This document shows positions 40,972 through 50,844 of a stretch of DNA of 64,000 bases, in pieces. Numbering within the stretch: position 1 is the stretch's first letter; each line of letters starts with the position of its first letter. The stretch covers positions 256,001-320,000 of the forward strand of contig CAVOKF010000007.1 of assembly GCA_963696385.1 (NCBI GenBank), given 5' to 3'. The notes beneath the pieces are model-generated. The model did not search any database, was not told where the DNA came from, and worked only from the letters and a program-made list of their open reading frames with translations. The stretch is from an uncultured delta proteobacterium (GTDB lineage: Bacteria; Myxococcota_A; Polyangia; Polyangiales; Polyangiaceae). The position numbers and the translations under genes were made by a program.

Positions 40972-42456
40972 TCATTGGCAAAGCACGGCCGATTTGTCGG
41001 CGTTGTAGAGGTTTTGGATGGCCGTTTCCATGAGCGTTCCCCAGGTCGTCTGCTCGCTGTTGGTCGGATAATCCGCAGGGCCGGGATTGTCCGCATTGGC
41101 GTACTGCCACGCCCAGGCGCCCTTGTATCCTTCGGTGTAAAGCGTCGTATACAGGTTTGCGGAAGGAATGACGGTGCCCGTGCCGTTCGAATACGTATCA
41201 ATCGCCCAGAATTCGCCAATCACAACCGGTTTTCCGTCGGTCAGCCCCCAATGCGACACTTCATTCTGGAACGGCGAGACCTTCTCGGCCCCACCGGGGG
41301 TGCCCCAGTTGTCGTAATAATGAACCTGGTAGAAGTCGAGCGTGCCCTTGGATTTGCCTCCTGCCGCGAGGAGTGCGGCATCCGAGTAATAATTCGTTCC
41401 GACGACGTCGGAGTTCGCGAGAAACGTCCAGGCGCCGTTGGTCACGAGAGCGTTGGGGTCGGCGGTGTGAATGGCGTCGGCGAACCAGTTGACGCAGGTT
41501 TGAATGACGCTTTCGTCGACTTCCTCGCCCCCGGCGGCCGTCGTCCAGCCGTTTTGCGTCGTCATGCCTTCCGGCTCATTGAAGACTTCCCACGAATAAA
41601 GACCGTGATAGCCTTTGAGGGCGGTCACGAGCGGGGTGAGCACGTTCGTGATGTAGGCCTGACGATCCGTAGAGTTGGTCAGAAGATTCATGTTATTGGC
41701 GATGGGGATGGCGCTGTTGCCGCCGGTGAGCATGTCGAAGGACCAAATACTGATGTCGACGGCCACGTTCGCGGCATAGGCCGCGTCGAGAATGCTCTTC
41801 ACGCCAGCGATGTCCGTTTGAGAAATGGGGGTCGCTACGCCGTTCGTGTAGCCGGGAGTGACCGACCCGTCCGTGTGAAGCCACCAGCGAATGACCCGCC
41901 CGCCGGCGTTGTACACGTTCGTAAAGAGGGTCGTGAATTTGGCGATATCGGGATTGGGAATGTCGCTCGCATAGTTGATCCATGCGACGTTCACGCCGCT
42001 CGCAAACTGCGGCCTGCAGGCCGTGCCGCTGCCTGCGTCGCCTGGCGGAGCCCCGGACGACGCTGCCGAGGAGCTCGAACTGGAGGCGGAGCCGCTCGAA
42101 TGGCTGGAGCTGCTCGAGCCCGTGCTGTTCGAACCTTCGGAACTGCTCGAGCCCGTGCTGTTCGAACCTTCGGAACTGCTCGAGCCCGTGCTGTTCGAAC
42201 TTTCGGAACTGCTCGAACTGGAGCCGTTCGAGGGAGAACCAGAACCGCTCGAGCTGGAGCTCGTCGCGTTGGGGTTCGTACCCCCTGTCGAAGAGGACTC
42301 TGAGGATCCGTTCAAGGCTGAGACACTCGATTGCGACGCGCTCGTACTCGACGACGATTCCGAAGGCAGACCGTTCTCGTTCCCCGGCGACGGGGAACTG
42401 CACGCTGCGACGACGATGCCCCCGGTCAGGAAACCCATTCTGAGATAAGCGCGCAC
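40972..42456 (-). CDS. Glycoside hydrolase family 5 lipoprotein (GH5_10-like endo-beta-mannanase)
   Basis: AAC lipobox, Ser-rich linker; SGVNVAW.NY, RWWLHTDG, WEVFNEPEG (acid/base), YSD..L.AAGGK.KGTLDFYQVHYY, KPVVIGEF (nucleophile). Confidence 0.85.
   Translation of the reverse strand: MRAYLRMGFLTGGIVVAACSSPSPGNENGLPSESSSSTSASQSSVSALNGSSESSSTGGTNPNATSSSSSGSGSPSNGSSSSSSESSNSTGSSSSEGSNSTGSSSSEGSNSTGSSSSSHSSGSASSSSSSAASSGAPPGDAGSGTACRPQFASGVNVAWINYASDIPNPDIAKFTTLFTNVYNAGGRVIRWWLHTDGSVTPGYTNGVATPISQTDIAGVKSILDAAYAANVAVDISIWSFDMLTGGNSAIPIANNMNLLTNSTDRQAYITNVLTPLVTALKGYHGLYSWEVFNEPEGMTTQNGWTTAAGGEEVDESVIQTCVNWFADAIHTADPNALVTNGAWTFLANSDVVGTNYYSDAALLAAGGKSKGTLDFYQVHYYDNWGTPGGAEKVSPFQNEVSHWGLTDGKPVVIGEFWAIDTYSNGTGTVIPSANLYTTLYTEGYKGAWAWQYANADNPGPADYPTNSEQTTWGTLMETAIQNLYNADKSAVLCQ
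42110..42216 (-). repeat. 33-bp tandem repeat x3 in the Ser-rich linker
   Basis: CTGCTCGAGCCCGTGCTGTTCGAACCTTCGGAA units; encodes SSSSEGSNSTG. Confidence 0.9.
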
Positions 42457-42640
42457 TGGAAAGCTCTCTTCTCGGACCCTGTCGACTCCCGCGCACATGC
42501 GTGTTCGCGACCGCCCGGCAGCGCGTAGACTAGCAGCGCGCTCATCGGCCGCTCGAGAGCATTTTGGTTCCGTCCCGCCGGTTCTCGTCCGGTTCTTGTG
42601 GGGACGGATTAATACGCGGATTTCGAAGCGTGCCGTCGGC

Positions 42641-44566
42641 TTAGAATCGGGCGACCCAGCCGAACGTCGCGCCGCCCGCCGTGGGAGCGATCGTCGGCTG
42701 CAAATGCAGCATCCCGGGGTCCCGCTCCCAGACCGTCAAGAGCCGTTGAAGGGGCGTTTCGACCCAATAGGTGGCCGCGATGACGGCCGCGCCCAGCAGC
42801 ACTCCGGTGCCGCCGAACAGGCGGCCGTCGAGTCGCGCGTTGGGGCTCGTGGCCGTCGCCTCGTTGTAGACCCAGCCCGAGGCCGATCCCAGCATGACCA
42901 GGGCGCCGATTCCGCGCGTGATCCAGAGCCGTCGCGCTTCGCGCACAGAAAGCTCGTGGAACCGCTCCTCGGCCACGGCAAACGCCCGCGCGTAGTCCAT
43001 TCCCGTTCCCAGCGCGGCGCGGTAGTCGCGTGCCGCGATCTCGCCCCCCCAGGGTTCCAACAAGTCGTAGAGGCCCGCCCCGAGATACAGCGCGCCGACG
43101 CCAGCGGTCACTGCGCCCCAAACGTTGGCCGACGACCGCGTAAACCCCGGCAGCCTGTCTCCGAAGGACAGCTCCGAGCCCCCGGCGACGCCGAGGACGG
43201 CCCCTGCGCCCAGAAAGACCAGGCCCGAGAGCCTCCGTTGGCCGCGCTCCGCGCTCTCGATCTGACCGAGCAAGAGATCCATCCGCTCGGCGTCTTCCTG
43301 CGACACACCGTAAACAGGAGGTGGCGCGGCGGTCGCTTCCGCCACGTACGAGGCGACGGCACGCGGGCCGAACGGGCGGGTGAAGAGCGTCTGGAAGATC
43401 TCCGCCGGTCCTCGGATGGCTCCGCGCGCGCGGATTGGTTGGAGCGACGCGAGCGTCAGCTCCGTCGCCGCCTCGGGAACGGCGAAGACCTGCAGGGCCG
43501 ATCCGCCGCCGGACGCGGCGCGCTCGACGACTGCGCCGTCGGTCCACTCATCCGGAAGCGTCAGGACGAGTGGAAGCCCCGCTTCCTCGTTGGCGTCGAG
43601 AAGGGGCATGGCGTCTTTGTCGAGCCACCGAACGCGCATCGGCGCGGCGTCGGAGAGACGGAACGTCCGCGCTCCGGTGCGGCCGCGGGCGGCGAGGATC
43701 GGTTGATCGTCGTGACCGCCCGGTCCCCGCGAGAACACGTGCGGACGCATGTTGGGGTTCCGAACGTCCGCGGTCGCGGTGGCGACGAATGCCGCGAGCT
43801 CCAGGTAGCTTACGACGCCGTCGCCGTTCGCGTCGGCGGCGCCCAGCAAGCCGGACCGTACGACGTGGCTGAAGACCCCCGACTGGATCTCGGACCACTC
43901 GAACGAAACCCCCTCGGCGCTCGTCGAGAGGAACACACCCACGTTCGGGAGTCGAGCCGCGAGCGACCGCGCCGCGTCTTCGGGCGTGGCGTAGTAACGG
44001 CCGCCCGGCCGTCGTTCGCCGAGCATGAAGAACGAGTTGCAGCTGTCCAAAATGACGTGCCCTCGTGAGAACGGAATCGCGCGGAGCCATTGCTCCAGAT
44101 CCGCAGACGTGAAGCGCGCATCGGCCAGTTCGATGAAGCCCATGCCTTCATCGGCGTCGCCGTGACCGGCAAACACGAAGTACACGTCGGTCTCACTGCC
44201 GGCGTTGGCGGCGGCCCGAACGCGCTCCGCCAGCTCGCGTCCGACGCGCAGCAGCTCGGCACGCGTGGGGGCCACGGCCCACGCATGCGCTTCGGGGAAA
44301 AGCCGCGCGGTGTCGTCGTCGAAGTCGGCCAGCAGCGTGACATTCTGCGGGGCGACCGTTCGGAAAATGGCGGAACATTTCGCCGCATCGTCGTCTGCGT
44401 AGTGCAGATCGGGGCGCCGATGGCCCAGGCTGCGGTTGTTGCCGATGACGACCGCGAACGCCTCGTGGCGTGCCGGCGCGTCCGCGCGGCTCGGGATCGG
44501 CGTCAGCAGAGCCGCGAGGGCGGCCAGAGCGGCGAGAAGAGAGCCCAGCAGTCGCCGACCGTTCAT
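42641..44566 (-). CDS. Exported caspase-family (peptidase C14) protein with C-terminal membrane segments
   Basis: Signal peptide; AVVIGNN, LHYADDDA, FAGHG (His), ILDSC (Cys), GAADANGDGVVS. Confidence 0.9.
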   Translation of the reverse strand: MNGRRLLGSLLAALAALAALLTPIPSRADAPARHEAFAVVIGNNRSLGHRRPDLHYADDDAAKCSAIFRTVAPQNVTLLADFDDDTARLFPEAHAWAVAPTRAELLRVGRELAERVRAAANAGSETDVYFVFAGHGDADEGMGFIELADARFTSADLEQWLRAIPFSRGHVILDSCNSFFMLGERRPGGRYYATPEDAARSLAARLPNVGVFLSTSAEGVSFEWSEIQSGVFSHVVRSGLLGAADANGDGVVSYLELAAFVATATADVRNPNMRPHVFSRGPGGHDDQPILAARGRTGARTFRLSDAAPMRVRWLDKDAMPLLDANEEAGLPLVLTLPDEWTDGAVVERAASGGGSALQVFAVPEAATELTLASLQPIRARGAIRGPAEIFQTLFTRPFGPRAVASYVAEATAAPPPVYGVSQEDAERMDLLLGQIESAERGQRRLSGLVFLGAGAVLGVAGGSELSFGDRLPGFTRSSANVWGAVTAGVGALYLGAGLYDLLEPWGGEIAARDYRAALGTGMDYARAFAVAEERFHELSVREARRLWITRGIGALVMLGSASGWVYNEATATSPNARLDGRLFGGTGVLLGAAVIAATYWVETPLQRLLTVWERDPGMLHLQPTIAPTAGGATFGWVARF

Positions 44567-45414
44567 GGTGCGGCTCCGTCGGCGTGGCGCACCTCGACCA
44601 TCGTCTCGCGCACTTCTGCCCCGGGAAGCCGGCGGGCCATGCGAGCCGCACTGAGCTCGGTGCCCTCGAGCGACTCGACGTCGGACACATGCGCGGGGGC
44701 CGGCGTGATCACGGCGACGATGCGCAGGGGGCCTGGGCTTACGTCCTCGAGGACAACCGTCGTGTCGAGGACCCGCTCACCGAGCGAAGGCGGCAGCGTC
44801 GTCGAAGCGGGGTTGTCCTCGGAACGCGTGAACCTCGGCGAAATCCAGTGGATGGCGCCCCGCGCGTCGACCGCGAAAAGCAGAAGGAAGGCCGGGATCT
44901 CCCCCAGGTTGCGGAAGCCGGCGGTGAGGGGCGTCGTGTCGTCGAACGTCGCCCCGGCCCCCAGAGGACGAAGGTTTCCCCGGGCCGTATAGGGCTGCAC
45001 GCCGACATCGCGTCCGATCGTGGCTTGAACCGGCCCCCCGCGAGGCTGCCAGGTTTCCGTCGTCCGCGGAACGCGCAGTCCCACGTAAGCCAGGAGGACG
45101 ACTCCGCAAGCGGCCACCGAACCTGCCGCGACGAACCGTCCGAAGGGCCCCGGCCGCGCTCGGTTTTCCGTCGTCGTCGCCCTGTGACGCTCCAGACGAT
45201 CCACGCGTTCCATCACCGCACGGATGTGCGCTTGAACATCGAAGTCCTGGACCGTGGCCGCTTTGATGTCGCCCAGGGCGGTTCGCAGCGCCCGGTCCTG
45301 CTCCCGGCAACGGGGGCACATGGCGACATGCGCCTCGACGCGCCGGGTCTCTTCCAACGAAAGCGAGCTATCGACAAAGCGCACGAATTGGTCGCGGGTC
45401 GGACAGGGCATCAT
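44563..45414 (-). CDS. Zinc-finger (zf-HC2) anti-sigma factor with TM helix and extracytoplasmic domain
   Basis: HVAMCPRC (HxxxCxxC), one TM, WQPRG; ATGA overlaps with both neighbours. Confidence 0.85.
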   Translation of the reverse strand: MMPCPTRDQFVRFVDSSLSLEETRRVEAHVAMCPRCREQDRALRTALGDIKAATVQDFDVQAHIRAVMERVDRLERHRATTTENRARPGPFGRFVAAGSVAACGVVLLAYVGLRVPRTTETWQPRGGPVQATIGRDVGVQPYTARGNLRPLGAGATFDDTTPLTAGFRNLGEIPAFLLLFAVDARGAIHWISPRFTRSEDNPASTTLPPSLGERVLDTTVVLEDVSPGPLRIVAVITPAPAHVSDVESLEGTELSAARMARRLPGAEVRETMVEVRHADGAAP

Positions 45415-45998
45415 CGATGTTCCTCCAAAAGATCCCGAAGCAAACGCAGCCCGTGGTGAACCCGCGAGCGCAGCGTCGACTCGCCGATGCGCAAGATGGC
45501 GGCCATCTCGTCGTATCGGAGCTCCTGCCCGTACCGCAGGACCAACGCCTCGCGCATCCTCTCGGGAAGCCGAGAGAGCGCGTGGTGGACGCGGTGCCTT
45601 CTCTCCTCCACGAGGAGCTGGTCGATCTGTTTGGCAGTGGGCGGTTCGGCGGCCTCCGATGCGGCCCGCATCCGGTGCCGCTGCACCACGCCACGCATCC
45701 TCGAATGGTTGCGACAGCGATTGCGCGCCGCCGTAATCAGCCAGACGATGAACTTGCCCTCGGCCCGATACTGCGATCGCTGCGCCCAGATCGTGACCCA
45801 GGTCTCTTGCGCCATTTCGGCGCCCCACTCGCCGTCGCCGACGAACCTGGAGCAGACTTGCACCAGGCGCTCGGCGTGGCGTTCGACGAGCACGGCGAAC
45901 GCTTCGCGCACTCCGGCCTGCGCGAGCGTCATCAGTTCGTCATCGTCTCGATCGGGCAAGGGGCCACGCTCGAGCGGCACCAGATGCGGAGAAGACAT
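45411..45998 (-). CDS. ECF RNA polymerase sigma factor
   Basis: DDELM..AQAG..EAF..LVERH, QETW, F..WL...ARNRCRN, L.RLPE.MRE.L.LRY..EL.Y.E.A, T..SR. Confidence 0.92.
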   Translation of the reverse strand: MSSPHLVPLERGPLPDRDDDELMTLAQAGVREAFAVLVERHAERLVQVCSRFVGDGEWGAEMAQETWVTIWAQRSQYRAEGKFIVWLITAARNRCRNHSRMRGVVQRHRMRAASEAAEPPTAKQIDQLLVEERRHRVHHALSRLPERMREALVLRYGQELRYDEMAAILRIGESTLRSRVHHGLRLLRDLLEEHR

Positions 45999-46168
45999 AG
46001 GCTTGTACAGAACACGGCTCGGACCGTGACGTTGACGGGTTTGCCCGTTAGGCTATTGGGGGCACCTGCCGGATCGTTTCCAGTCGCCGCATTCCGGCTT
46101 CGGCGGACGTTTGAACCCCGCTTAACTGCTTGCGATGTCCTTGCGCGGCTTGTAAGGTGGTCAGGCCA

Positions 46169-47350
46169 ATGAGACCTATTGCGAGCGTAGCGGTCTTGGT
46201 GGGGCTGGCCGCCTGCTCCACGAGTCCGCCGAGTGGGCCCTCGGGTGACGTGTCCAATGGCGACGCCGGGGGCGCGACGTCGAACGGCGCGGGCACGATG
46301 ACTCAGGTCACGATGGCCGCCGCGAGCAGCTCGAGCGGGACCAGCTCAACCGGCGCGATGTCGTCCTCCACCCCCGGTACGACGAGCGGCACGACCAGTA
46401 CGACGACGGGCACGGCGACCGCGACGGCAACGGCATCCGGCACGACGGGGCAAGACGCGAGCGTGGCGGGCGGAGCCGACGGGGGCGCGCCCGAGGCGGG
46501 CACGGGCGCATCCGTGAACGAAGCCGGCAGCGACGACGATTCCGGTTACGTAAATCTGTTCAACGGCACGGATCTGACCGGGTTTCTCGTGTACGAGCAG
46601 ACCACGACGACCTCGGCGGGCACGCTTCTGACGGGTACGGCGGCCGAGGCGATCTTTCAGCCCGAGGCCGGCGACGCGGGCGTGCCCGTGATCCACGTCT
46701 ACGGCGACCTGCCGAACCAGAGCAAGCAGGAGCTCTACATGCTCGAAACGGTCGCGTCCTACGCCCACTACAATTTGTATTGGGAGTACCAGTGGGGCAC
46801 GAAGAAATTCCAGAACCAGACGGACGGAACGGCGTCCGCCACCAATTTGACGCTGTATCCGCGTGACGCCGGGCTGATGTGGGCGCTCAACGGCGACCTG
46901 ACGCAAGTCTGGCCCTCGTCGGTCGAATTTCAAAACAAGTGGGGCACGACCGGAGACATTTTCGCGCTCTATTCGCAGGTCGAGTCGTACGGAATGCCCG
47001 GAAGCGCGACGAATTTGACGACCTATGAGCCACCCGATGCCGGGGGTGTCGAGACGCTCGTCAACGGTTCCAACGGATACGTGCAGCACCACCGCAGCGC
47101 CGATTGGGAGCTGACGACGAACCTCATCGACGGTGGGGTCTCCACCGATGGCGCGGGCACGGGCTGGAACGAGTGTCTTCTGGAGGCCAACGGCGGCGCC
47201 GCCCTCTATTACGTCAACGGACACCTCGTGAACCAGACCGTGTCGGTCATGGACGCCACGGGCAAAGCGGTCACGTCGGGGGCGGTCGCCTGGCAAGCCG
47301 AATCCGCCGAAGTCTATTATCGCAATATGAGAATCCAAGTCCTTCCATAG
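46169..47350 (+). CDS. DUF1080 (3-keto-disaccharide hydrolase-like) lipoprotein
   Basis: LAAC lipobox, Thr/Ser linker; LFNGTDLTG, EYQWG..K, RDAG, WP.SVEFQ, GWNE, YVNG, WQAESAEVYYRN. Confidence 0.85.
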   Translation: MRPIASVAVLVGLAACSTSPPSGPSGDVSNGDAGGATSNGAGTMTQVTMAAASSSSGTSSTGAMSSSTPGTTSGTTSTTTGTATATATASGTTGQDASVAGGADGGAPEAGTGASVNEAGSDDDSGYVNLFNGTDLTGFLVYEQTTTTSAGTLLTGTAAEAIFQPEAGDAGVPVIHVYGDLPNQSKQELYMLETVASYAHYNLYWEYQWGTKKFQNQTDGTASATNLTLYPRDAGLMWALNGDLTQVWPSSVEFQNKWGTTGDIFALYSQVESYGMPGSATNLTTYEPPDAGGVETLVNGSNGYVQHHRSADWELTTNLIDGGVSTDGAGTGWNECLLEANGGAALYYVNGHLVNQTVSVMDATGKAVTSGAVAWQAESAEVYYRNMRIQVLP

Positions 47351-47359
47351 GTTTTGCTT

Positions 47360-48487
47360 ATGAAGAATTCCCGCCGCGACACCGTATCCATGGCCCTGTC
47401 CGTTGCGACCCTTTGTGGGGCGCTGGCCGGCCTCAGCGCGCTCATGGCGGCCTGTACGCCCGCGGGATCCAACTACATTGGCCTCCCAGCAGGCTCCGGG
47501 GACGACAGCGGCGTCACGAGCGGGTCGACGACCGGATCCGGATCGACCTCGGGCAACACGAGCGGATCGACCTCCGGCACGGCGAGCGGATCCACCTCCA
47601 GCACGGCGAGCGGATCGACCTCCGGCAACACGAGCGGATCCACCTCCAGCACGGCGAGCGGCTCCACCGGCGGCACGACGGCCCCCGGCGGCGACGGCGG
47701 CACGACGACCGGCCCGAGCGAGGACGGTGGCGCGACCGCCGAAGTGGATGCGACGACGGGCGGGGGCGGCGGCGAGGACGGTGGCGACACGACTGCGGCC
47801 AGCGGCGATTCGGGGTGCAATTGGATCCAAAACGCCGACGGGACATGGATGTTCGACCCGGCGGCGCCCAACAAGATCGTCATTTTCGACGGCTCGAGCC
47901 TCGCCGATTTCCACAAGGAGAACCAGCCGGGCGTGCCGATCGATTGGACGCTGAACGCGGACGGAACGATGACGGTGCTTCCCTCCGGAACCGGAGTGGC
48001 CGTGCTCGTCCAGACCAACCAGAAATTCAACGATCTGTGCGTTCACGTCGAGTACATGACGCCGATGTATCCATCGACCGTCACGGGCCAGCAGCGCGGC
48101 AACAGCGGCGTCTACTGCAAGAGCGCGTACGAAATGCAGATCCTCGATTCGTACGGCGATCCGCCCGAGAACGACACCTGCGGAGCCGTGTACAGCATTG
48201 CGAAGCCCCTGGTGGTCGCTTGCAACATGGAGTTGGTCTGGAATACGTACGAGATCGAATTCAAGGGGTCGGTGTGGAATGACGCCGGCGTCAAGACCAA
48301 GGACGCCGAGTACGTCAAATGTGCGCTCAATGGGCAGATCGTCCAACTGGACGTGGATCTGGACCCGGCCGCAGGTTACACGCCGGCGGGCATTCCTGAC
48401 GCGCCCGGCCCTCAGCCTCTCGGGCTTCAGGACCATCTCTGCTATGTGAGTTTCAGAAATATCTGGGTGCGGGAACCCCAGTATTAA
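47360..48487 (+). CDS. DUF1080 (3-keto-disaccharide hydrolase-like) lipoprotein
   Basis: MAAC lipobox, Ser/Thr/Gly repeats; IFDG, HVEY, GQQRGNSGVY, YEMQILDS, GAVY, WNTYEI, LQDH..VSFRNIW. Confidence 0.9.
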   Translation: MKNSRRDTVSMALSVATLCGALAGLSALMAACTPAGSNYIGLPAGSGDDSGVTSGSTTGSGSTSGNTSGSTSGTASGSTSSTASGSTSGNTSGSTSSTASGSTGGTTAPGGDGGTTTGPSEDGGATAEVDATTGGGGGEDGGDTTAASGDSGCNWIQNADGTWMFDPAAPNKIVIFDGSSLADFHKENQPGVPIDWTLNADGTMTVLPSGTGVAVLVQTNQKFNDLCVHVEYMTPMYPSTVTGQQRGNSGVYCKSAYEMQILDSYGDPPENDTCGAVYSIAKPLVVACNMELVWNTYEIEFKGSVWNDAGVKTKDAEYVKCALNGQIVQLDVDLDPAAGYTPAGIPDAPGPQPLGLQDHLCYVSFRNIWVREPQY

Positions 48488-48551
48488 GGCCATCCGCCCA
48501 TCTCAAACGCCGAGAGGCCCGTCCCCGCGGACTCTCCACGCAAAGGGCCTC

Positions 48552-49913
48552 ATGCCGAAGCGACTCGTAGCCTTGTCGGTTTTTGCGGGCGTCGCCGGGG
48601 CGATCGCCGTCACGCCCGGCTGCAAGGACAAGCAGCCTTCCGAGTCGGCCGCCCAGACCGCGCCGGCCGCCCCCGTCCCGGCTCCCAAGAGGACGCTCAC
48701 CATCTGGTGGGCGCAGTGGGCGCCGGCCGACGGCCTGCAGGATCTGGCCGGCGAATTCGGCCGGAAGGAGTCGGTCGATGTGGTCGTCCACCAGATCCCG
48801 TGGGCCCATTTTCAAGACCAGGTATTCCAGGAGTTCGGCAAGGGCCAAACCGCGTTCGACATCGTGGTGGGCGATAGCCAGTGGCTGGGGCGCGGCGCGA
48901 CCAAGGGCCTTTACGTCGACCTGACGAACTGGCTGCCGGCGGCGGTCGACATCCAGTCGCTCCACCCGGTGGCCCTCAAGTACCTGGCGGAGTACCCGAC
49001 AGGGTCGCCTCACTACTACGGGGCGCCGGCCGAAACGGATGCCATGGGATGGGCGTACCGCAAGGACTGGTTCGAAGACCCGGCGGAGAAGGACGCCTTC
49101 AAGAAGCGGTTCAAGAAGGATCTCGCGGTGCCCCAAACCTGGGAAGAGCTCGAAACGATCGCCGAGTTTTTCACGCGGCCCGACAAGAAGCGATACGGGG
49201 ACGTACTGGTAACCGGACGCGGGTACGACGATATCGTCATGGGATTCGAGCAGCTGCTATACGCCTTCGGCGGGTCCTGGGGAGACGCGAAGACCCTGAA
49301 GGTCAAGGGGGCGCTCGATTCTCCGGATGCGGTCAAGGCTTTGGATTTCTTCAAGGGTCTGCTCAAGTACTCTCCGCCCGGCGGCAGCAAGCTCGGATAC
49401 GGCGAGGCGCTCGAACCCTTCGTGAACAACTCGACGGCGATGCTGATGAACTACTTCGCTTTCTTTCCCGACCTCGCCAAGAAGATGTCCGGAAAGGTGG
49501 GGTTCTTCGCCATGCCCAAAGAGGGCGATCGGCGGTTTTCGAGCCTGGGCGGACAGGGCTTCTCGATTTCCAGCAAAGTGCCGACTTCGCAACAGGATCT
49601 TGCCAAGAAGTTCATCGCTTGGTTTTTGCAAATCGACACCCAGAAACAGTGGGTGCGAAAGCCCGGTGGATTCACGGCAAACGCCGAGATCCTCAAGAGC
49701 GACGAATTCAAGAAAGCGAGCCCGTACAACGCCGCATTTGCGGAGTCGCTGGACATCGCGCAAGACTTCTGGAACGTGCCGGTTTACAACGAGCTCATCG
49801 CCGCGACCGCGCAGCAGCTCGGCGAAGCTCTCGACGGCAAGAAGTCCTCGAAGGACGCGCTCACCGCGATGGCGGTCGAGCACGAAAAAATCCTCCAGCA
49901 AGCGACGCCGTAG
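48552..49913 (+). CDS. Sugar ABC transporter substrate-binding lipoprotein (CUT1)
   Basis: PGC lipobox; WWAQWAPAD, DIVVGDSQW, YRKDWF, VPQTW.EL, LGGQG. Confidence 0.92.
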   Translation: MPKRLVALSVFAGVAGAIAVTPGCKDKQPSESAAQTAPAAPVPAPKRTLTIWWAQWAPADGLQDLAGEFGRKESVDVVVHQIPWAHFQDQVFQEFGKGQTAFDIVVGDSQWLGRGATKGLYVDLTNWLPAAVDIQSLHPVALKYLAEYPTGSPHYYGAPAETDAMGWAYRKDWFEDPAEKDAFKKRFKKDLAVPQTWEELETIAEFFTRPDKKRYGDVLVTGRGYDDIVMGFEQLLYAFGGSWGDAKTLKVKGALDSPDAVKALDFFKGLLKYSPPGGSKLGYGEALEPFVNNSTAMLMNYFAFFPDLAKKMSGKVGFFAMPKEGDRRFSSLGGQGFSISSKVPTSQQDLAKKFIAWFLQIDTQKQWVRKPGGFTANAEILKSDEFKKASPYNAAFAESLDIAQDFWNVPVYNELIAATAQQLGEALDGKKSSKDALTAMAVEHEKILQQATP

Positions 49914-49922
49914 AAGCGGCCG

Positions 49923-50837
49923 ATGAGCCGCAACGAGGACCGCGCCCGCGTGGGAGCCGCGCAATCCAACCGGATGGGCCGGGCCTTCGTGGCCCCGGCG
50001 CTGCTTCTGCTCTTGGCCATGAATCTGTTTCCGCTGATCTTCAACGTGTACTTGAGCTTCACGAACGCGGATCTGTCGGGCGGTGCGGTCACGATGGTGG
50101 GGGCCCACAACTACACCGTGCTGTTCAGCGAAGCGCGCTACGCGAACGCTTTGACGCTCACGGCGTGGTTCGTCCTGGTCTCCGTTTCGGTGGAGCTGGT
50201 CCTCGGGTTCGTTCTGGCGCTCGCCCTGCAGGGCCCCATCCCCGGAAAGCCCGTCGTTCTGACCCTCTTGCTGATCCCGATGATGCTTTGCCCGGTGGTC
50301 CTTTCGCTGTTTTGGAATCTGATCTTGAATGGAAACTACGGTGTGCTCAACCAGCTGCTGGCGCTCGCGCACCTGCCGCAACCTCAGTGGTTGACCGACG
50401 ACGACCTGAAGCTCGTTTCGATCCTGCTCGTCGACATCTGGATGTGGACCCCGTTCATGATGCTGATTTCGCTCGCTGGATTGAATGCGATTCCGAAGTA
50501 CATCTACGAGGCCGCGGAGATCGATCGCGCGAGCCGGTGGATGGTTTTCCGCACCATCACCTTGCCGATGTGCGCGCCGCTTTTGGGGCTTGCGGTGCTT
50601 CTCCGGGCCACCGATGCACTCAAGCAGTTCGACTTGGTCATGGCCATCACGGGTCCCAACGACGCATCGACCCAGACCCTGTCCGCGCGCATCTATCAGG
50701 TGGTCTTTCGTGACTACAAGGTCGGCCTCGGATCCGCGTACGGCGTGGTCATTCTGGTCGCCGTCATCGCCGTCGCGACGATCTTCGTGCGTTACCTCGA
50801 CCGCCTCAACGGGCGCCAAGGCAAGGTGGAGGCGTAG
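49923..50837 (+). CDS. Sugar ABC transporter permease
   Basis: FVAPAL, VG..NY, DIWMWTPF, IP..IYEAAEID (EAA loop), F..ITLP. Confidence 0.93.
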   Translation: MSRNEDRARVGAAQSNRMGRAFVAPALLLLLAMNLFPLIFNVYLSFTNADLSGGAVTMVGAHNYTVLFSEARYANALTLTAWFVLVSVSVELVLGFVLALALQGPIPGKPVVLTLLLIPMMLCPVVLSLFWNLILNGNYGVLNQLLALAHLPQPQWLTDDDLKLVSILLVDIWMWTPFMMLISLAGLNAIPKYIYEAAEIDRASRWMVFRTITLPMCAPLLGLAVLLRATDALKQFDLVMAITGPNDASTQTLSARIYQVVFRDYKVGLGSAYGVVILVAVIAVATIFVRYLDRLNGRQGKVEA

Positions 50838-50844
50838 CGTGCCC

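Noticed and set aside
48514..48551. 7-bp inverted repeat overlapping the SBP ribosome-binding region
   Set aside because: A short GC-rich stem with a long loop is expected by chance at this GC content.
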